From assembly GCA_001642005.1 (NCBI GenBank), contig LWCA01000108.1, positions 1-54,134 on the forward strand: 54,134 bases of DNA, in the 5' to 3' direction. The DNA comes from Intoshia linei. Its lineage: Eukaryota; Animalia; Orthonectida. A program made the position numbers and the translations under genes. This document shows, in pieces, positions 49,940-54,134 of this stretch (positions within the stretch are counted from its first letter, which is position 1; each line of letters opens with the position of its first letter). The notes beneath the pieces are model-generated. The model was not told the DNA's origin. It worked only from the letters and a program-made list of their open reading frames with translations, and did not search any database.

Positions 49940-50296
49940 GAATTTAAGCTGTTTATGATAATTTTTAGGATTATACTGTTTTAATTTTATTTTTAAGACA
50001 TCATCCTTAAATGAATTAAAAAAATGGGATCACAAAATTGACTTTAAAATTCTTTACACAAATGTTAACAAAAATAATTAAATGGAAATAATTCACTGTA
50101 AATTAAAAGATAATGTGAAATGACGGGTTTATGTTGAAAAAAGTTTAGGATCCACTCTTTTAAAGGGTTGATAATAGTCAATGTAGCATTTTTAAATTAG
50201 ATTTTATTATTGAATTTATTTTTTGATAACAATTAAAAAAGTCCGCGAGAGTAGAGCTAGGTGCCGTTTGTACCAAGTACACAACAGTCAACTTAG
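49940..50296 (+). mobile_element. Helitron-like family 3' part
   Basis: Colinear with 43500-43862; hairpin TGTAC-CAA-GTACA followed by CTTAG|T. Confidence 0.7.
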
Positions 50297-51523
50297 TAAT
50301 AAATATAATCATTCATAGGAAAATAATTATAGAAAAACATAAAAATAAATCGATCAAATAATCCTTGATTAATTTAAACTAGATCAAACGTTTTACTAGT
50401 CCCAGAGTATCACTATTTAGAATGTAAAGCTTCACGAAAAAATAGTTATCAAAGTTAAAATTGTTTATGGTCATGAGTCAAAATTTTTTATTCAAGACAA
50501 AAAGGAAGGAAGGATCACTTTGATATTGATTGGAGCACCTGCTGAAATACACTGTAACGATATTATTTTAATATATTTCATTAAAAATTGAATAATTATA
50601 TATATTAACAGGAATCTAAAGTAAAGATAAGTATTATTAGTAATAATACTTAATTTATTTCTAAATATTAATAATTTAACATTTTAAATTAAAAAATTGT
50701 ATAATATATATCAAGTATCCCTTAGAACTAAGAAGCATAATCTGAATTTCCCCAGATACTACATATTATCTATATGTATTTATAGTTTACATTGTATACA
50801 AATGTATATATCTATAAAAATAGTTCATTATGCTTTTGGGAAACAGATCTAAATTGGTAAATTTAGTATATTACACAAAATTGTACAAAAGTTAAATTGC
50901 ATATATAATATAATAAAGTGTTCATGGTAATATATTTTACCCATAATGCGCATTAACCTCAAAAATTGATTGACATAAGGTGTTAAATTTATCCCGTTTA
51001 GCCTTAGAGAAAAATTTTAAATTAAATCGATTAAATATATCCTTATAATATTTATTTTTAATGACTAACGAGTGAAAACTGGTAAAGTTTGAAATGACAT
51101 TAAAACTTGAATTTTGACCCTAAATTTATTTCATATAAAATAAGATTAAATACATAATTTGAATATATTATTATGTTAATATTTCGAGTAATCAGATAAT
51201 ACGGCAATTTAAAAAATTGAATTTATTCTAGTTAATTCAAAATGTATTAATACATAGTCTTAATGCATTCTAGTGCTGTATGTATATATAGAATAATTAT
51301 TTATAATCAATAACCAATACAGATCTGGTGATTATTTATCATTTAAATTATGTAACAATAATATACAAAAGCCTAGATTTGAATGCAACAAGTATATTAA
51401 CTTTCTAATGAATTGTAAAATTAACGTTTTATTAAAATAGTAACAAGTATTTATTCTTATTTTAAAGTATAAATATTTAATTAATATAAAAGAAAACAGA
51501 AACGTACGTTATAGATTGCCAAC

Positions 51524-51913
51524 ATGCCAATTCGAAGAGGAAATATAACATCTCCAAATATCTTTATTGATAATATAATTCAAAAATTTGACATTCAAAG
51601 TTTTTTAAAATCTATTTTATAATTAATATTAATATAGATCGCAATTTTCTTATTGCAAATGCTGTTATGGAGGATCGGCCCATTATTTATTGTAGTGAAG
51701 GGTTTTCGTATCTGACTGGATTTGATCGTGGTGAAGTTATTAAAAAGTCGGCGTTTTGTACTTTTCTCTATGGTGAATGTACGGTAAGGATGTTATTTTT
51801 ATTTTTTCACATATAAATCAAAAATTAGACTAACGAATCAATCGCTAATCTGGAAAGAGCTTTCATAACTGTAAATGAATCAAAAATACAGATGATTATT
51901 TACAAACAAAACG
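51524..51913 (+). CDS. ERG/KCNH (EAG-family) voltage-gated K+ channel, first three exons (PAS-cap and PAS); partial
   Basis: Exons 51524-51599, 51638-51783 and 51829-51913 give MPIRRGNITSPNIFIDNIIQKFDIQNRNFLIANAVMEDRPIIYCSEGFSYLTGFDRGEVIKKSAFCTFLYGECTTNESIANLERAF...IQMIIYKQN, matching the ERG-type N-terminus MPVRRG...FLD.IIRKF. Absent from the ORF track; downstream exons not found in the window. Confidence 0.9.
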
Positions 51914-53747
51914 GTTTTTTTAAGCAGAATATTTTTCAATATAACCAATTTTATAATTTGTAAATTACTTAATTAACTAATTGTTTTATAGTAAAAATAT
52001 AATAACATTTTAAAAATGATATTTTCAATTTCTGCAACGTCTGATAAATTACACAAAAAATACTTTTTTTAAATCTTAATAATATCTTTCTAAATTATTG
52101 TAATGTACCATACAAATATGATAGTTATTCTTTATTAGATAATTTAATTGAGTGGGGAGAATGAAATAAATCAATATGCTAACATTTAATGAAATTATAT
52201 AATCCAAATTGTATTTATTATCCAACATCTATTATCTAATACTTTAATCAATTATTATTCTTACAGTATATTTAATAAATACGGTTTTTGTCAAAATATT
52301 ATAAATTTAGTTTTTAAAATATATATTTTTTCATTTAGTCATTATTCATTTTACAATCACCGCTATCTAACCTACCGTACTGATAATCCTCTTGAAAAGA
52401 GTTAAAATAAATTTTTATAAATTATATTTTAGTGGCATCTATTTTCTAAATTGAACATTTTGAAAAACATTTATTTTTGAATATCATCATAATTATAATT
52501 ACAAACTAGTTGCTATTTAACAAAATTCATAGTTAAGGAAAAAAAATTTTGATTAACGGACTGTGAATTTTTCTGAAGTTCTAAAATTATGTAAAATTTT
52601 AACATAATATACATCATTTACCATCATAATTATACTAAAACCCTTTCGATTCAAATTAAAAACTGTAGATACGTAAAACATTTTACTTTCTTCTTGATTA
52701 ATGATGATGGCAATGGTTGATTATTAATTATATGAAATAAAATGATCTACAAATATAGGTTAAATATGGGAATTTTTAAGGCCTTTTTTCATTATTATTT
52801 CATATTTCTACTTTGATTTCTAAATACACCCATTTTTGTATAATTTGAACGGACTAAGAAATCACTCCTGTTCAACATGAACACCTCACATAATGAACAT
52901 TTTTTATGTGAACATAATTTTTAGCATTTAGAACAGTGATTTTCAACCTGTGCGTATTTACCCACAAGTAAGTAATTTAATATTTTTTATGAGATATCGT
53001 GAATTATGTTCTAAAAAATTTTTTTTTATTTTTTTTGCGTCGCATGCACACTGTGCATTGCACAGTAACGTTCAAAATATGAATTTTCCCATTGAATTTT
53101 TCAGGGTTAAAAACCCAATTTCCCCTTATTTTAAATAAAATCAGCCCTATAAAAATAAGAAACTTTATTTATTATTTTGCAAAATTAGTTTTTTAAAAAT
53201 TTTAAATTATTAAAAGATTTATATAGCTTATTCTAAAAACCTGAATGTCCAATATGGAGTTAAAAAATATTGTGAGTAATATCAAAATAAGTACTATAAT
53301 ATGGGTAATGTAATAAAAAATGCTGTGAAACACTGATTTACTAGTGCGCGTCACATAATCAGCATAAAATATATTTTTTTAATTTTTGATATTAATGAAT
53401 CTACTAAATTTTTTTTTCATAATGTAGACATGTGTATTTTATATAACATATGTGAAAATAGGGGGATAATAGTGTGTTTAAGATATTAAGATATAACATT
53501 AAGTGTCAAATAATTAGATTAACCAATTTTTTGTCTCATACAATTAAAATAAACAAATTCAAAAGATGAATACGACAGTTTAAGAATAATAAAATGTAAT
53601 GATATATAATTTAATTATTTTTTATAATATTATGATTAGGGTAAACTTTTTCTAACCTATAAAATCGTCAAAATAAAATTCTAAATTTTTTAACCTATAA
53701 AAAATACATTAAACATTCAATTTGGTCCCCCTGTTAAAAATTAAATA

Positions 53748-54065
53748 TTAAGATTTATTATGGTACAATATTAAATATTTTTTAACGTTACTAGATAAAA
53801 AATTCCTTTGTTTTGTGAGTAATTTCTTATGCATGCTAAAACTTCTTTCTACACCGTTAAAAGTTGAAAAGCCATTTCTCAATTTGCTGTACAATGAAGG
53901 AGGTTTGAACTGATCCATAGCTAACATAATTTTTTCGATATCATTCTTTTTTAGTCTTTTTTCTATATATAGTTTTATTTCACATGGGTCAGGAATAAAT
54001 TGTATTTTTTTTAATGTATCATGCTTGATTAATATTGAACGACTCTTATGCCATATCAATAACAC
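53748..54065 (-). mobile_element. hAT-like transposase C-terminal relic
   Basis: VERSFSMHKKLLTKQRNFLSSNVKKYLILY resembles the hAT dimerisation-domain ERxFS motif. Confidence 0.6.
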
Positions 54066-54134
54066 CTAATATAGATGTACACCCGTTTAATTCGATTAAT
54101 TCATTATATAATCCAATCATAGATACAGCTTTCC

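Noticed and set aside
50421-50553. Exon-like open stretch (NVKLHEKIVIKV...GAPAEIH)
   Set aside because: No partner exons or family motif were found; it could be UTR or chance.
1-54134. Prokaryotic systems (CRISPR arrays, operons, defence islands)
   Set aside because: All genes are intron-split eukaryotic genes, and no regular repeat-spacer array is present.

Overview
Very AT-rich eukaryotic (animal-type) genomic DNA with a standard genetic code. Spliceosomal GT-AG introns fall into two size classes: minimal introns of about 34-50 nt and larger introns inflated by transposons. The ORF track therefore shows only exon fragments, and the gene models below were spliced by hand. Genes from left to right: a tail-to-tail pair of six-exon fatty acid hydroxylase/sterol desaturase (FAXDC2-like) paralogues; CDC45 (+); a VPS37/Mod(r)-like gene (-); a tight co-directional minus-strand trio of a full-length ABCA transporter, a Rac-like GTPase and SPEF1; and the 5' PAS-domain exons of an ERG/KCNH potassium channel (+). 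Repeats include a multi-copy non-autonomous Helitron family, several hAT MITEs with 8-bp TSDs, a Tc1/mariner-type foldback element, a decayed pogo/Tigger element with a nested hAT, and a decayed Gypsy element plus an RTE-like LINE inside one ABCA intron. The best finding is in SPEF1: two tandem, paralogous 112-nt exons with identical splice phase, each encoding the same part of the CH domain. This implies mutually exclusive splicing, and the 60-nt intron between them carries two (U)GCAUG (RBFOX-type) motifs. The tiny introns and AT richness suggest a compact invertebrate genome such as an orthonectid or dicyemid; this is inference only. All homology calls come from motif recognition, not database searches.
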